A stretch of 64,000 bases of DNA, from NCBI GenBank assembly GCA_963827235.1, contig CAWHAE010000009.1:512001-576000 (forward strand), written 5' to 3'. Under the pieces are notes generated by a model, which was given only the letters and a program-made list of their open reading frames with translations, was not told where the DNA came from and ran no database searches. The stretch is from an uncultured bacterium. Its GTDB lineage: Bacteria; Chloroflexota; UBA5177; JANWHV01. Below, one piece after another: positions 55,037 to 64,000 of the stretch. Made by a program: the position numbers and the translations under genes. The first letter of the stretch is position 1. Each line of letters begins with the position of its first letter.

Positions 55037-56335
55037 CTACACGGTGGGAAGCCCCAGCCGCCGGTAGGCCTCGTCGATGTGCTCCAGGTGGTACTGCACG
55101 TCGAACAGCGCGTCGAGCTCCGGCTCATCCAGGTGCTCGGTAATCTCGGGGTCGTCCCGCAGCAGCTGGCGGAAGCTGAGCTCCTCGTCCCAGGCTCGTA
55201 AGGCGTGCCGCTGCACGAGCTTATAGGCCTCCTGCCGGCTCACGCCGTGCTCGATCAGGGCCAGCAGCACGCGCTGCGAGAAGATGAGCCCGCCCGACGA
55301 GTTCAGATTGTGCCGCATGCGCTCCGCGTCGACGCGCAACGCCGAGATCACACCGCGCAGCACATCCAGCATGTAGTCCGTGACCAGGCAGACATCCGGG
55401 AAGATCACTCGCTCGGCCGAGGAGTGACTGATATCGCGTTCGTGCCAGAGCGTCACGTTCTCCAGCGCCGTCAGGGCGTAACCGCGCACGAGCCGGGCCA
55501 TGCCGCTGACGCGCTCGCAGAGGATGGGGTTGCGCTTGTGGGGCATGGCCGACGATCCCTGCTGCCCCTCGGCGAACGGCTCGGCGGCCTCCCTGACCTC
55601 CGTGCGCTGCAGATGGCGGATCTCGGTAGCCATGTTGTCGAGCGCGGAGGCCAGCACCGCCAGCACGCAGAGGAAGTTGGCGTGACGATCCCGGCCCACG
55701 ATCTGGGTGCCTACCGGCAGCGTGCGCAGACCGAGGGCGGCCAGGGCCTGCTCCTCCACCGAGGGCGGCACGTTCGCGTGAGTACCCACGGCCCCGGCGA
55801 GCTTGCCCACTCGCAGCTCGTCGATCGCCGCCGAGAGCCGCTGCCTGGCATTGCGCAGCGCATCGACCCAGACGAGCAGCTTGAAGCCAAAGGTCGTCGG
55901 CTCCGCGTGGATGCCGTGCGTGCGCCCGATCATCACCGTGCGGCGATGCGCCAGCGCCTGCGTGGTGATCGCTTCCTCGAGCGCGTCGATATCCCGTGCG
56001 AGCAGCTCGCCCGCCTGCACGATCTGCAGGGCGAGCGCGGTATCTACCACGTCCGAGCTGGTCAAGCCGAGGTGGATGAAGCGCGCCTCGTCGCCGATGC
56101 TCTCGCCGACCGCGCGCAAAAAGGCGATCACGTCGTGCCCGGTCTCCTGCTCGATGGTGTGCATGCGCGCGAGATCGAGGCGAGCGCGCCGGATCTCCGG
56201 GAGGGCTTCCTCGGGAATGGCACCCTGCTCTGCCCATGCTTCGCAGACGGCGATTTCCACTCGCAGCCACTGGTCGTACTTTGCCTGCTCCGACCAGATT
56301 GCGGCCATCTCAGGGCGGCTGTAGCGCTCGATCAC
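55037..56335 (-). CDS. purB: Adenylosuccinate lyase
   Basis: IERYSRPEM, GRTHGIHAEPTTFG, GSSAMPHKRNP, WHERDISHSS. Confidence 0.97.
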   Translation of the reverse strand: MIERYSRPEMAAIWSEQAKYDQWLRVEIAVCEAWAEQGAIPEEALPEIRRARLDLARMHTIEQETGHDVIAFLRAVGESIGDEARFIHLGLTSSDVVDTALALQIVQAGELLARDIDALEEAITTQALAHRRTVMIGRTHGIHAEPTTFGFKLLVWVDALRNARQRLSAAIDELRVGKLAGAVGTHANVPPSVEEQALAALGLRTLPVGTQIVGRDRHANFLCVLAVLASALDNMATEIRHLQRTEVREAAEPFAEGQQGSSAMPHKRNPILCERVSGMARLVRGYALTALENVTLWHERDISHSSAERVIFPDVCLVTDYMLDVLRGVISALRVDAERMRHNLNSSGGLIFSQRVLLALIEHGVSRQEAYKLVQRHALRAWDEELSFRQLLRDDPEITEHLDEPELDALFDVQYHLEHIDEAYRRLGLPTV

Positions 56336-56440
56336 GGTGGCTCCTCACGTAGTAGTGCGCGAAATACCTTCTATAACTTCACCATCGAGTGTAATACCAA
56401 TCTCCGACTCAGGCAGCACGATCCGTGTACGGCGCCACGC

Positions 56441-56469
56441 TTGACAGTCGCTCGGCAACAGTATAGGAT
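56441..56469 (+). promoter_or_regulatory. Sigma70-like promoter
   Basis: TTGACA-17-TAGGAT upstream of the wHTH regulator. Confidence 0.55.
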
Positions 56470-56637
56470 GACGTAGAGTAGTTTACATCGCAGACCAGTC
56501 TGCAGAGGATTGCATGCACGTGTACCACTGATCATCCTGCCGCCCTTTGCTCTGCTCCTGGCCGCCGCCGGCATTCAGGAGCACCAGCAGTTTGGGCGGC
56601 TGGCCGACCAGTTGCGCGCACGCGGCGGAGTTGGGAC

Positions 56638-57042
56638 ATGAGCGACGACGAGGCGTCCGGCGCCGAAGCCGCCGCGGCCACGGAGGGCCCGCTGCGCGAT
56701 CTGCTCGCGCTGGATCGCATCGTGCACGAGCCGGCGCGCCTGATCATCCTGGCCGTGCTGGCCAATGCCGAGGAGGTAGATTTCGCCTTTCTGCAGACGG
56801 CGAGCGGCCTCACCAAGGGCAATCTGAGCCGGCACGCCGCGAAGCTGGAGGAGGCCGGCTACATCGAGATCCGCAAGTACTTCAAGGGCAAGATTCCCGC
56901 TACGGGCTATCGCATCACGCCGCCCGGCAAGTCCGCCTTCGCTACGTATTGGGGGCAGATGCGCACCATCCAGCAGAGCGTGGCGCACGAGACGGCGCAA
57001 CCCGCCGCGCTGCCCCTGGCTGCCCCACTACCCGCGCATTGA
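56638..57042 (+). CDS. Winged-helix transcriptional regulator (MarR/ArsR-like, HTH_34 type)
   Basis: LDRIVHEPARLIIL..TKGNLSRH..KLEEAGYI. Confidence 0.88.
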   Translation: MSDDEASGAEAAAATEGPLRDLLALDRIVHEPARLIILAVLANAEEVDFAFLQTASGLTKGNLSRHAAKLEEAGYIEIRKYFKGKIPATGYRITPPGKSAFATYWGQMRTIQQSVAHETAQPAALPLAAPLPAH

Positions 57043-57083
57043 GCTTCTCTTACCGCCTACCTCACTGCCAAAGGATACAGACG

Positions 57084-58595
57084 ATGAAGCTAGCTCCCCG
57101 CTATCGGCGTGCCGTGCGGCTCCTTGCCGCCGTGGTGCTGGTGTTCTCCGGCACGCTGGCCGGCCGCTCGGCGCAGGCGGCCGCGATCACACCCGAAGCT
57201 GCCCTGGTGCGCGTGCTCACCGTGACGCCGATACAGGCCGGCTGGTTTGCCCCTTCGTTCCTGGCGCAGGTAAGCCTGGCGCAGATACGGCAGGCCACGG
57301 CCAGTATTCTGACCGACCTGGGACCCTACAAGAGCGTGTCGGCGGAGACAAACGGCAGCTACCTTATCCGGTTCGCGCGCGGTACGGCGACCGCGCAGAT
57401 CCACCTGGACGGCGAGTCGCGTATCGATGAGCTGCTGATCAACAATATCCACCTGACCGGCGCGCCGCCCTCTACCGCGATCGGTCCGAAAGCGGCGCTG
57501 GCCCGCCTCTTCACCTCGGTGCTTATTCTGCCGACGTGGTTCGCGCCGGCGTTCCTGGCGCAAGCCAGCGTGGATCAGGTCAGGCAGGCGATTGCGCAGG
57601 TCGAGGCGGCCTACGGGCCATACCAGGGTATCGACTCCCTCACCGCGGGGGCCTATCGGGTCCGCTTCAAGTACGGCATCGCCACGGTAGCGCTGCATCT
57701 CGACGCCGCGCATCGTATCGACGGCCTTGTCTTCACCGGACTACAGTATTCTCCGCTCACGCGAGCGGCCGCCCTCGCGGCGTTTCAGCATCTGCCCGGG
57801 CACGTCAGCCTGCTGGCGCTGAAAAACGGCGGCGCGCAACTGGAGCTCAACGCCGATTCTCCGCTGGCGGTGGCCTCGGCGTTCAAGCTGGCGGTGATGG
57901 CGGCCCTGCAGCAGCAGGTGGCTGCCCATCGCCTGTCGTGGAACCAAAAGATCACCCTGCTGGCGAGCGACAAGAGCCTGCCGAGCGGCGTGCTGCAGAC
58001 GCATGCCACCGGCTCTACCTATACCCTCACCGAGGTAGCAGGCTACATGATCTCGATCAGCGACAATACGGCAGCCAACATGTTGATCCGCGTGGTTGGG
58101 CGGGCCGCGATCGATACGCTCATTCCCGTGGCCGATCAGCCGATTCTCACCACGCGTGAGGTCTTTATTCTCAAGGATCCGGCCAACAGCGCGCTGCGCA
58201 CGCGATACCTGGCCGCCGGGACCGCGGCAGCACGGCTGAAGCTGTTGCCGCAGGTTGACCGCCTGCCGCTGCCTCCGGTCACCATATTCGCCGGGGGGAA
58301 TCCGATCTCGCCGGCGATCGAGTGGTTTTTCAGCACCAGGCAGCTCTGCTCCCTGATCGGCAAGGTCGCCATGCTCCCCGAGCTGAGCATCAACCCGGGC
58401 GTGGCGACGCCGGGGGATTGGAAGCATATCGCCTACAAGGGCGGATCGGATAGGGGCGTCATCAACCTGACGACCGAGGTCACGGCGAAGAGCGGGGCGA
58501 CGTATTGCGTCTCGGCCACCTGGAACGACACCGCTGCCCTGAACGAGCCGTATTTCGAGGCACTCTATGCCAATATCCTGAAGTCGTTCCACTGA
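57084..58595 (+). CDS. Secreted class A beta-lactamase-fold serine hydrolase (LpqF/Orf12-like) with duplicated N-terminal domain
   Basis: Signal peptide (...AQA); SAFK, ISISDN, YKGGS motifs. Confidence 0.85.
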   Translation: MKLAPRYRRAVRLLAAVVLVFSGTLAGRSAQAAAITPEAALVRVLTVTPIQAGWFAPSFLAQVSLAQIRQATASILTDLGPYKSVSAETNGSYLIRFARGTATAQIHLDGESRIDELLINNIHLTGAPPSTAIGPKAALARLFTSVLILPTWFAPAFLAQASVDQVRQAIAQVEAAYGPYQGIDSLTAGAYRVRFKYGIATVALHLDAAHRIDGLVFTGLQYSPLTRAAALAAFQHLPGHVSLLALKNGGAQLELNADSPLAVASAFKLAVMAALQQQVAAHRLSWNQKITLLASDKSLPSGVLQTHATGSTYTLTEVAGYMISISDNTAANMLIRVVGRAAIDTLIPVADQPILTTREVFILKDPANSALRTRYLAAGTAAARLKLLPQVDRLPLPPVTIFAGGNPISPAIEWFFSTRQLCSLIGKVAMLPELSINPGVATPGDWKHIAYKGGSDRGVINLTTEVTAKSGATYCVSATWNDTAALNEPYFEALYANILKSFH

Positions 58596-58687
58596 GCGCG
58601 GCGCCAGGGCGCGAACGGCAGGGCGCAACGGAAAGCCATGGAGGGCTGTTCCTGCCGCGAGAGCAGTCGCCGCGGCCTACCCCGCGT

Positions 58688-59572
58688 TCAGTCGGCCGGC
58701 TCGTCGTCCTCGCGGCTGCCTCGCAGGAATTCCTCGACCTCCGAGACGATAGACTCCGCGTTGGGAAGGCTCTCGGTGCGAGTCTCCTTGTCGTACCGGC
58801 GCTCGTACTCGTCGACCTGCTGCTGCAGCTCGGCGTCCGATTCCACCAGACGATCCAGCAGCGCGTCGACCTTGTCGGACTGCTCCCGCAGCTCCCGCAG
58901 ATCGATGTCCAGGTGCAACAGTCCAAGCACCGTCTCCAGGAGAGCCAGGGTCACGCGCGGGCTCCAGCCGATCTGCGCGTAGGCAGGCACGTGCCCCCAA
59001 AAGCTGGCGGCCGGCACGCGCTGGCCCCGGCAGGCCTGCAACAGGGCGGTATGCACGCTGCTTGGGCCCTCGTAGTGGATCAGCGCCAGGCCGAGGTGGG
59101 CGAGCGTGCGCTGCAGCCCTCCCTGAGCGACCGCCATGGAGACACGCGGGCGCCGCGTGTGCGGCACGCCATCGAACATGCTGCCGAAGCTGTAGACGGC
59201 CTCGACCTCGTACTGCCGCACCAGCTCCATGATCGCGGTCGTGTAGGCGGTCCAGCGAAGATCGGGCTCCGCGGCCTCCAGGAGGAGCAGATCCCTGCCG
59301 CCCTCCTGGGGATTGTGCCAGGCGTACAGCGTCGTGCCCGGATACTGCAGCGAGCGCAGCACGCCGCCCACCAGCACCACTCGCGGGCGCGTGCTTGCCA
59401 GGTCGTAGTAGTCGTCCGCGCGGATGCTGCCGATGCGTCCGGCATGCAACGTGTCGCGCAGGAACCCCACCACGCGGCTCGACGCCTCCATGGCGTCGCA
59501 CCAGCCGGTGAAGCTCGCCAGCAGGACGGGTCGTTTGACCGACGGCTCGAGGTCCAGAATGAGATCGCTCAT
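58688..59572 (-). CDS. PAC2 (proteasome assembly chaperone) family protein
   Basis: FTGWCDA, YYDLASTRP, EPDLRW, VPHTR, YEGP, WGHVPAY. Confidence 0.88.
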   Translation of the reverse strand: MSDLILDLEPSVKRPVLLASFTGWCDAMEASSRVVGFLRDTLHAGRIGSIRADDYYDLASTRPRVVLVGGVLRSLQYPGTTLYAWHNPQEGGRDLLLLEAAEPDLRWTAYTTAIMELVRQYEVEAVYSFGSMFDGVPHTRRPRVSMAVAQGGLQRTLAHLGLALIHYEGPSSVHTALLQACRGQRVPAASFWGHVPAYAQIGWSPRVTLALLETVLGLLHLDIDLRELREQSDKVDALLDRLVESDAELQQQVDEYERRYDKETRTESLPNAESIVSEVEEFLRGSREDDEPAD

Positions 59573-61626
59573 TCGTCCGCCGGGTGTGGCTCGGCCCAGC
59601 GCCCATGCGCGCGGATCAGGTCGATCAGCCGCTGGTCGGCTTCTGCCTCGGGCACTCCCCGCTCCATGCATTCTTTGCCGACGTAGAGGTTCACGTGGCC
59701 GGGGCTGCCGCCCATGTAGCCGAAGTCGGCGTCGGCCATCTCGCCCGGTCCGTTGACCACGCAGCCCATGACGGCGATCTTCACGCCCTGCAGGTGCGAC
59801 GTGCGCGCCTTGATGCGGTCGGTCGTCGTCTGCAAATCGAAGAGGGTTCTTCCGCACGAGGGGCAGGCGACATAGTCGGTTCTCGTCAAGCGGGCCCCGG
59901 CACCCTGTAGCAGGTCGAACGCCAGGGGAACCGACCCGGCCTGCACGAGGTCGCCGATGCCGTCGCAGAGCAGCGAGCCGAGAGTGGCCGCGCCGGCGAG
60001 CAGCGGGTCCCCTTCGGTAGGTGCCTGCAGGGCAAGCGGGCAGTGCACGTCCGCGAGAGCCAGGCGCATTGCCAGCAGTCGCGTGGCGTGCACGACGGTG
60101 GCAGGCTCCGTCGCGCGCAGACCGGCGATCACATTGGGTTGGCCGGCAGCCACGCAGTCGGCGACCAGCCCGGCCGCCACGGCGGCAGCGACGCCGGCCG
60201 CGTCCCGCACGTCGACCTGCAGCCAGAGGGCCACACCCCCGGCGGCACTCCGGCGCGCCAGATCGACCGCCGCCGCCGCGCCGTCCGCCCGTTCGTCGAC
60301 GCTCAGGCGCACGGCCTGTACCATCGCCAGCGCCTCGCGCAGCAGACCGGCGTCACCGGATGCGGCGACAAGGGCGCGCGGCGCCGGTTCCTCGCCCTTC
60401 CAGGAGAGGGCTGCCAGCCGCTCCAGGTCCTCCCGATCGGCCAGATCCACGATCATGAGCTCGGGCCGCTGCGCCTTCAAGCCTCGGCTCGCCCGCGCGG
60501 GAAGCGCCGGGGCGTTCCGATCGGGCACCTGTCCGGCCACGGCAATCGTGGCATCGCCACCCACTGTCACGCCGCCGAGTGTGACGGCTTGTGACCTGCG
60601 CCGCCGGTAATGGAACGGATCCCAGGGCAGATCCACGTCCTGCGTACTGGAAAGCGGCGCCCCGTCGCTCCGCGCGGCTGCCGTACCGGCGCTCAACTCG
60701 GCAAGAGGCCGGGCGCAGAGGGCGGCGATCCGCCGCGCTACCGGGATCTCCGCTTCCGGCTCCTCGGCCAGGGAGACGCGGATGGTATCGCCAAGCCCAT
60801 CGAGCAGCAGGCTGCCGATGCCCGTGGCGGACTTGACGCGCGCGTCGTCGCCGTTTCCGGCCTCCGTCACGCCCAGGTGGAGCGGGTAGTCCATGCCCTC
60901 GGCATTCATGCGCGCTACCAGGAGCCGGTAGGCGGCAATCATCACCTTGGGGTTCGACGCCTTCATGGACAGAATGATCTGGTGGAAATCCAGCCTCTCG
61001 CAGATGCGCACGAATTCCAGCGCCGATTCCACCATGCCTTCCGGCGTATCGCCAAAGCGATTCATCACCCGATCGCTGAGCGAGCCGTGGTTGGTGCCGA
61101 TGCGCAGCGCCACGCCGCGCTCCTTGCAGGCCTGGACGACCGGGATGAAGCGCGCTGCTACCCGTTCCAGCTCCGCCGCGTACTCGTCGTCGCTGTATTC
61201 GCGCACCGCGAAACGCCGCGAATCGGCGAAGTTGCCGGGATTCACGCGCACCTTATCCGCGTGCTCAGCCGCGGCCAGAGCGACGGCAGGCGCGAAGTGG
61301 ATGTCCGCTACCAGGGGAGTGGTGATGCCGCGGGCACGCAGCCGTGCGCGTACCTCGCCGATAGCCCGGGCGTCGGCGAGCGTGGGTGCCGTAATGCGCA
61401 CGATCTCGCAGCCGGCCTCGACGAGTCGTACCGCCTGCGCCGTGGTGGCGTCCACGTCCTGCGTGCGCGTCGTGGTCATGGATTGCACGCGGATAGGGTT
61501 GCCGCCGCCCACGCCCACGTTGCCGACCATCACCTCGCGGGTGCGCCGGCGGAACGGGCGGAACGGATCGCGCACGTAGGCCGGTCCGTTATCGAGAAGA
61601 GGCGCCGCGGGGGAAGGAGAGATCAT
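59569..61626 (-). CDS. ispG: HMBPP synthase, long three-domain form
   Basis: PIRVQSMT, LVADIHF, RIGTNHGSLS, HLGVTEAG, GDTIRVSL, ACPSCGRT, VMGCVVNGPGEMADAD. Confidence 0.95.
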   Translation of the reverse strand: MISPSPAAPLLDNGPAYVRDPFRPFRRRTREVMVGNVGVGGGNPIRVQSMTTTRTQDVDATTAQAVRLVEAGCEIVRITAPTLADARAIGEVRARLRARGITTPLVADIHFAPAVALAAAEHADKVRVNPGNFADSRRFAVREYSDDEYAAELERVAARFIPVVQACKERGVALRIGTNHGSLSDRVMNRFGDTPEGMVESALEFVRICERLDFHQIILSMKASNPKVMIAAYRLLVARMNAEGMDYPLHLGVTEAGNGDDARVKSATGIGSLLLDGLGDTIRVSLAEEPEAEIPVARRIAALCARPLAELSAGTAAARSDGAPLSSTQDVDLPWDPFHYRRRRSQAVTLGGVTVGGDATIAVAGQVPDRNAPALPARASRGLKAQRPELMIVDLADREDLERLAALSWKGEEPAPRALVAASGDAGLLREALAMVQAVRLSVDERADGAAAAVDLARRSAAGGVALWLQVDVRDAAGVAAAVAAGLVADCVAAGQPNVIAGLRATEPATVVHATRLLAMRLALADVHCPLALQAPTEGDPLLAGAATLGSLLCDGIGDLVQAGSVPLAFDLLQGAGARLTRTDYVACPSCGRTLFDLQTTTDRIKARTSHLQGVKIAVMGCVVNGPGEMADADFGYMGGSPGHVNLYVGKECMERGVPEAEADQRLIDLIRAHGRWAEPHPADE

Positions 61627-61670
61627 AGAAGGGGACTCCTTTCTTGAGTGTAGCACGTGCTTCGCCACAC

Positions 61671-62654
61671 TCAGTCGGGCGCGCCGAGCAGCGCTGCCCC
61701 GACGATGCCGGCATTATCGGCCAGCTTGGCGCGCACGATCTTGACTTTGTTCCTGGCCACGGTCATCGAATCGTCGAGCGCCTTCTCGGCAGCCACCTTG
61801 AAATAGAGGTCGACGGCGCTGACCAGGCCGCCGCCGAGGATGATGCGGGGCGGATTGTAGAAGTTGATGATGGCGGTGAGTCCGGCGGCCAGGTAGTGCG
61901 CGCCTTCGGTGACTGCTTCGACGGCGAGGTCGTCTCCCTCCTCGATCGCCTGTGCGATGGCCTGCGAGCGGATCATGCCGGCGAGGGGAACGTGGGGGAG
62001 GGGATTGGGCAGGCCGGCCCGCAACGACGTGCGCCGGCCGCGCAAGATCTCTTCCACGATCACGCGGGTGATGGCTGCACGGGAGGCGTAGGCCTCCAGA
62101 TGCCCCCGGCCGCCGCAGCTGCACACGCGCCCACCGTAGGCGATCACAGCATGGCCGATCTCGCCGGCGGAGTGGGAGGCGCCGGTAAGGTAGCGCCCCT
62201 CGTGAATGATGCCGCTGCCGATCCCGGTACCGATGAACACGCAGACGAACGTGTCCTGCCCCTTGCCGGCGCCGAAGCGCTGTTCGCCCAGGGTCGCCAC
62301 TTCCAGATCGTTGCCGATAGCCATGCGCAGCTTCAGCTCCTTGCCCAGCCATTCTGCCAGCGGCACGTTGACGACGCCGGCCAGGTTCGGACTGCCGAGC
62401 AGCACTCCGCGCTCGCGATCGATCACGCCGGTAATGCCGACGCCGCCGCAGTCCACCTCGATGCCCTTCTTGGCGCTCTGCGCCTGGGTCAGGGCATCCT
62501 GCCCGGCGTCGACGATGCGCTTGATCAGGTCCTCGGTGCCTCCGGTATGCTTCGTCCTCTTCTTCGCCGTGGAGACCGGGACGCCCGTGGTGAGATCGAT
62601 AACGCCTGCCAGGATCTTCGTGCCGCCGACGTCGATGCCCAGTGCATATGGCAA
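61671..62654 (-). CDS. ROK family sugar kinase (glucokinase-like)
   Basis: GIDVGGT, GTGIGSG, AGEIGH, CSCGGRGHLEAYAS; TTG start with GGAAGG RBS. Confidence 0.92.
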   Translation of the reverse strand: MPYALGIDVGGTKILAGVIDLTTGVPVSTAKKRTKHTGGTEDLIKRIVDAGQDALTQAQSAKKGIEVDCGGVGITGVIDRERGVLLGSPNLAGVVNVPLAEWLGKELKLRMAIGNDLEVATLGEQRFGAGKGQDTFVCVFIGTGIGSGIIHEGRYLTGASHSAGEIGHAVIAYGGRVCSCGGRGHLEAYASRAAITRVIVEEILRGRRTSLRAGLPNPLPHVPLAGMIRSQAIAQAIEEGDDLAVEAVTEGAHYLAAGLTAIINFYNPPRIILGGGLVSAVDLYFKVAAEKALDDSMTVARNKVKIVRAKLADNAGIVGAALLGAPD

Positions 62655-62834
62655 GGTGCTGGTCCTTCCCGCCCATCGTGACGATCGTGTAGAGGAGTCC
62701 GCGCACGCGGTCTCCCAACTCATGATCGCACACATCGCGCTGCCTGCACACAGCACGGGGCGTGCGATCGCGGTTGACGACCGCTGCCCGGCACTGTACT
62801 ACTTGAATACTTACAACGAGGAGAAAGTGCGATC

Positions 62835-63113
62835 ATGCCCCGAGTAGCCGTTCAAGACAACAGCCGGATTTCCCTGCGCATCCGGCCTGAAGACAAAGCC
62901 GTATTGCTCCGTGCAGCAGCGCTGCAGCACACCGACCTGACGGAGTTCGTCGTCAGGCATGCCTTGCGTGCCGCCACGGATGTCATCGTGGAAGCCGAGC
63001 ATCTGCAGCTCTCCGAGCGAGACAGCCTGCGGGTGCTCGATCTACTCGAGAACCCGCCACCACCAAACGCCAGGCTGCTGGCCCCCGCGCACGCGTTGCC
63101 GCGGCAACCGTGA
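62835..63113 (+). CDS. DUF1778 (TacA-like) RHH antitoxin
   Basis: RISLRI..EDKAVLLRAAAL..LTEFV..LSERDS..VLDLLENPPPPNARL. Confidence 0.9.
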   Translation: MPRVAVQDNSRISLRIRPEDKAVLLRAAALQHTDLTEFVVRHALRAATDVIVEAEHLQLSERDSLRVLDLLENPPPPNARLLAPAHALPRQP

Positions 63114-63637
63114 GCGTTCCGGCGTGGCATGAAGAGCCGATCAGCAAGCGACATGATCGGGAAGCATTCGACTGCGGCGAACCAGCGCTCCACGAGTTCC
63201 TGCGCCGTCATGCCCGCCGGAACCACGAGCTGGGGGGCGCAAAGACGTTTCTCGCCGTTGGCGATGTGGAGAGCCACGCCATTCTCGGCTTCTACAGCCT
63301 GTGTCCTGCGTCGATTGACTATGCCCGCACGCCGCAGCTCGTACGGCGTGGGCTGGCGCGCTACGACGTGCCCGCGTTTCGCCTGGTACGGCTCGCCGTG
63401 GACCGCAGAGTTCAGGGGCACGGTCTTGGCGGACAGCTCCTGCTGGCGGCTGGACAGCGCTGCCTGCGCGTCTCCGAGGAAGTAGGGGGCGTCACGCTGC
63501 TCGTCGACGCCAAGAACGCCCGAGTAGCAGCCTGGTATGCCGGCTACGGCGCCGAGCCGCTGGCAGACGCGCCGCTGTCGCTGGTGCTACCCCCGCGCAC
63601 GATCGAGGCAGCGTTGAGCGCGGCGGGAAAGCTGTGA
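63110..63637 (+). CDS. GNAT toxin (TacT/AtaT-like)
   Basis: HDREAFDCGE..L.EFL, GFYSL, RLAVD..QGHGLG..LL, VDAKN; GTGA overlap with the antitoxin. Confidence 0.9.
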   Translation: MSVPAWHEEPISKRHDREAFDCGEPALHEFLRRHARRNHELGGAKTFLAVGDVESHAILGFYSLCPASIDYARTPQLVRRGLARYDVPAFRLVRLAVDRRVQGHGLGGQLLLAAGQRCLRVSEEVGGVTLLVDAKNARVAAWYAGYGAEPLADAPLSLVLPPRTIEAALSAAGKL

Positions 63638-63660
63638 GAATCAGCCGGCACAGAAGCAGA

Positions 63661-63736
63661 GGTAGCGCATAGGGGATTCGAACCCCTGATCTCTGCCTTG
63701 AGAGGGCAGCGTCCTAGGCCGCTAGACGAATGCGCC
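63661..63736 (-). tRNA. tRNA-Glu (CTC)
   Basis: GGCGCAT acceptor, CTGCC-CT-CTC-AA-GGCAG anticodon arm, GGTTCGAATCC T-arm; ends ACC (full CCA not encoded); TATACT -10 at 63760-65. Confidence 0.96.
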
Positions 63737-63842
63737 GAGCAGTGCGGCAGTACCCCGCTAGTATAGCAGATGGCAGGGACAGGGACGAACCTCCAGCTGG
63801 AGGCTCTGTGGAGGCTCCCTATAGAGAACCGAGCCTGCGCGA

Positions 63843-64000
63843 CTAGAGGCCCAGAGCCGCCGCGACCGGGTAGGTGCCCTGGTCGGCGGTGACGACCTTG
63901 TAGCCGTTCTGGTTGGACAGGGACAGAGCGACGAAGGCCTCGCTCGAGCCGCTATAGCTGGGCACGACCTGGAAGATGCCGCCGACGGCACCCGACAGCG
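63843..64000 (-). CDS. 3' end of an unidentified gene running in from beyond the window
   Basis: Open frame ...GGIFQVVPSYSGSSEAFVALSLSNQNGYKVVTADQGTYPVAAALGL* with high GC3. Confidence 0.5.
   Translation of the reverse strand, partial: LSGAVGGIFQVVPSYSGSSEAFVALSLSNQNGYKVVTADQGTYPVAAALGL

Noticed and set aside
56547-57083. 682-aa ORF implying a regulator-beta-lactamase fusion
   Set aside because: The regulator is in another frame (56638-57042); the hydrolase starts with a signal peptide at 57084
62655-62756. Possible frameshift at the ROK gene 5' end (out-of-frame ATG, MGGKDQ)
   Set aside because: An in-frame TTG with RBS at 62654 gives a complete ROK N-terminus
1-64000. Transposases, integrases, prophage or anti-phage defence operons
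   Set aside because: No such motifs recognised; only the TA pair and TA relics

Overview
A 64-kb stretch of a high-GC bacterial chromosome; the gene content and protein styles suggest Chloroflexota, but this is inference. The left end carries a Zn-ribbon Ser/Thr kinase and a highly divergent Pil/Chp-type chemosensory cluster. That cluster has CheW, a sensorless MCP, a short MCP-tip protein, a 1358-aa CheA hybrid with two Hpt domains and an apparent DICT sensory domain, a second CheW, PilH- and PilG-like receivers, and an unknown protein; it contains no CheR/CheB. The middle is mostly housekeeping and accessory genes: a KimA-like transporter, cydDC-cydAB, ArsR/SRPBCC genes, ppk1, cax, peptidases, rho, cysS and rlmB. 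At ~48.2-48.6 kb there is an intergenic DnaA-box array with DnaA-trio-like repeats and an AT-rich tract, i.e. oriC-like architecture with no dnaA in the window. About 4.5 kb further on, a parS site lies beside a RacA/RocS-like HTH-coiled-coil-amphipathic-helix gene. The right end has purB, a long-form ispG, a ROK kinase, a DUF1778/GNAT toxin-antitoxin pair and tRNA-Glu. Several gene relics not called as such in the ORF track (RelE-like, kdpE, higA, glpX) and a candidate structured leader RNA upstream of cydD were found by hand translation and folding. All assignments rest on motif recognition; no searches were run.
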